Origin: Escherichia coli
GTDB lineage: Bacteria > Pseudomonadota > Gammaproteobacteria > Enterobacterales > Enterobacteriaceae
Length of the DNA: 678 nucleotides
Assembly: GCF_003334335.1 (NCBI RefSeq)
Contig: NZ_QOWQ01000161.1
Strand: one strand, 5' to 3'
Both the position numbers and the translations under genes were made by a program. This document shows positions 1-678 of this stretch, one piece after another (the stretch's first letter is position 1; the number at the start of each line of letters is the position of its first letter). Under the pieces are notes generated by a model. That model saw only the letters and a program-made list of their open reading frames with translations, did not search any database and was not told where the DNA came from.

Positions 1-125
1 TCCGGGATATAACGGCGGTTCTCCGGCAGGAAAAACTCCCTCGCCAGTATCACACTGTGTTCCTTCAGTAACGCCTGCAGACCATACTCCAGATAGCGAT
101 TCCTGGTAGCCAGAATCACCTTCAT
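1..125 (-). CDS. Hypothetical protein, N-terminal 41 codons only (gene continues beyond window start); possibly a receiver-like/LuxR-family-type regulator N-terminus (weak)
   Basis: ATG at 125..123 with a well-spaced SD. Manual translation gives MKVILATRNRYLEYGLQALLKEHSVILAREFFLPENRRYIP with no stop through position 3. It is absent from the supplied ORF track, presumably because the visible part is short. The pattern hydrophobic-L-x-T-[RK]-[ND]-x-[YF]-L-x-x-G-L-x-x-LL resembles the beta1-alpha1 start of atypical receiver-like domains (compare GadE MIFLMTKDSFLLQGFWQL, recalled from memory). The product call is speculative. Confidence 0.4.
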   Translation of the reverse strand, partial: MKVILATRNRYLEYGLQALLKEHSVILAREFFLPENRRYIP

Positions 126-132
126 CGCAGCA

Positions 133-139
133 CCTTCCT
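133..139 (-). promoter_or_regulatory. Shine-Dalgarno sequence (AGGAAGG) for the downstream minus-strand gene
   Basis: Minus-strand sequence reads ...CATAAAAAACAGGAAGGTGCTGCGATGAAGGTG...; the purine-rich AGGAAGG lies 7 nt upstream of the ATG at 125..123. Confidence 0.5.
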
Positions 140-153
140 GTTTTTTATGCCCC

Positions 154-189
154 ATGAAAAACGGCAGACCAGAGTCCTGCGCCTGCCGT
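154..189 (-). terminator. Putative Rho-independent terminator downstream of the adhesin gene
   Basis: Exact inverted repeat acggcag (161..167) / ctgccgt (183..189) gives a 7-bp GC-rich stem. On the minus-strand transcript it is followed immediately by UUUUU (plus-strand aaaaa at 156..160). The hairpin starts 24 nt after the TAA stop (216..214). The loop is long (15 nt) but can partly pair internally (gcagac / gtcctgc). Confidence 0.45.
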
Positions 190-213
190 CATACTTCATG
201 TCACCTTCAGCAA

Positions 214-678
214 TTAAAACTCGAAGTTCACACCAACGTTCCAGGAGGCATCGCCATCACTGAATGCCACGCCTGCTTTCGCTGCGGTCTGCTCGTTGAA
301 GCGGTAACCCACACCCACTGCCAGTGCCTGCTGGTCGCTGTAACCACCAACCGCTGCCGTGGCGTTGAATTTACCCACACTGTACGGCTGGAACAGACCT
401 GTCAGGGCCGCAGACTGTGCTGCTGCTCGTTTCATTTCCTTGTGGTTTTCATTAATCTGGCGCTGCTGGCTGTCCAGACGTGCTGAATGTTGCTGCAGCG
501 TACGGGTATTGGCTGCAATCGCCTTGCTGTTTTTCTCAATGGATTGCGTGTTACGGGTGACACGGCCATCAATGGCACCAACTGCTGCATCAATACGGTC
601 AGTACGACCAGACAGGGCCACCAGACCATCGTTAACAGAAATGGTGTTCTTTGCACCTTCTGCACGGGTCAGGGTGCC
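214..678 (-). CDS. Trimeric autotransporter adhesin (YadA/Eib-like), C-terminal part: coiled-coil stalk plus YadA-type beta-barrel membrane anchor. Partial: the 5' end of the gene lies beyond the window end; stop codon TAA at 216..214.
   Basis: Manual minus-strand translation in the frame of the 214..621 ORF is open through to position 678: [154 protein letters not shown]. The last ~70 aa align closely, from memory, with the Yersinia YadA membrane anchor (...[36 protein letters not shown]..AGVAY....NASFNIEW). Present are the conserved GG pair (343..348), alternating small/hydrophobic beta-strand residues, and a C-terminal aromatic residue (Phe) typical of outer-membrane beta-barrel insertion signals. 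Upstream of the anchor is a polar, Ala/Gln/Asn/Arg-rich segment typical of a trimeric autotransporter stalk. Confidence 0.85.
   Translation of the reverse strand, partial: GTLTRAEGAKNTISVNDGLVALSGRTDRIDAAVGAIDGRVTRNTQSIEKNSKAIAANTRTLQQHSARLDSQQRQINENHKEMKRAAAQSAALTGLFQPYSVGKFNATAAVGGYSDQQALAVGVGYRFNEQTAAKAGVAFSDGDASWNVGVNFEF

Noticed and set aside
126-213. Search for a sigma70 promoter for the downstream gene in the intergenic region
   Set aside because: Only weak hexamer candidates were found (for example CATAAA as a -10 with a poor -35 at the right spacing, and TTGCTG/GTGACA -35-like elements without a properly spaced -10). None is convincing without experimental transcription start site data.
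154-486. Plus-strand ORF of 110 aa (MKNGRPESCACRHTSCHLQQ...)
   Set aside because: It is entirely antisense to the strongly supported adhesin coding region and to the terminator. The product is Cys/His/Leu-rich with no recognisable domain, and no SD precedes its ATG. It is most likely a shadow ORF.
619-621. GTG as the start codon of the 214..621 ORF
   Set aside because: The frame is open upstream to the window edge and the encoded protein family needs a much longer N-terminal region, so this GTG is an internal valine codon, not an initiation site.
432-665. Minus-strand ORF of 77 aa in an alternative frame ([21 protein letters not shown]...)
   Set aside because: It overlaps the adhesin gene on the same strand in a different frame. 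Its composition looks random, with no motif or RBS, so it is an out-of-frame shadow of the real coding sequence.
1-678. CRISPR array, tandem repeats, IS ends, tRNA or other ncRNA
   Set aside because: No direct repeats of repeat-spacer periodicity, no terminal inverted repeats and no tRNA-like cloverleaf sequence are visible. The only notable secondary structure is the terminator-like hairpin already reported.
1-678. A novel defence or other undescribed multi-gene system
   Set aside because: The window holds only the tail of an adhesin gene and the head of one small gene. Neither shows nuclease, ATPase, toxin or other defence-associated motifs in the visible residues, so such a claim would be unsupported.

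Overview
This 678-bp window holds two same-strand (minus) genes and nothing that I can support as a novel system. (1) Positions 214..678 are the 3' part of a trimeric autotransporter adhesin gene (YadA/Eib-like): a coiled-coil stalk followed by a YadA-type beta-barrel membrane anchor ending ...WNVGVNFEF, stop TAA at 216..214. The reading frame stays open to the window edge, so the gene is truncated by the window and the GTG 'start' at 621 in the ORF track is internal. (2) A hairpin followed by a U-run (about 154..189, minus strand) sits 24 nt after that stop and looks like an intrinsic terminator. (3) A second minus-strand gene starts at ATG 125..123, preceded by a good Shine-Dalgarno (AGGAAGG, 139..133), and runs off the window start. 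Only 41 codons are visible; the N-terminus weakly resembles the start of receiver-like domains of atypical LuxR-family regulators (GadE/RcsA style), which is a hypothesis only. The two other ORFs in the supplied track are shadow ORFs. Codon usage looks enterobacterial. Adhesins of this type are often horizontally acquired, but no mobile-element signature is visible in the window itself.
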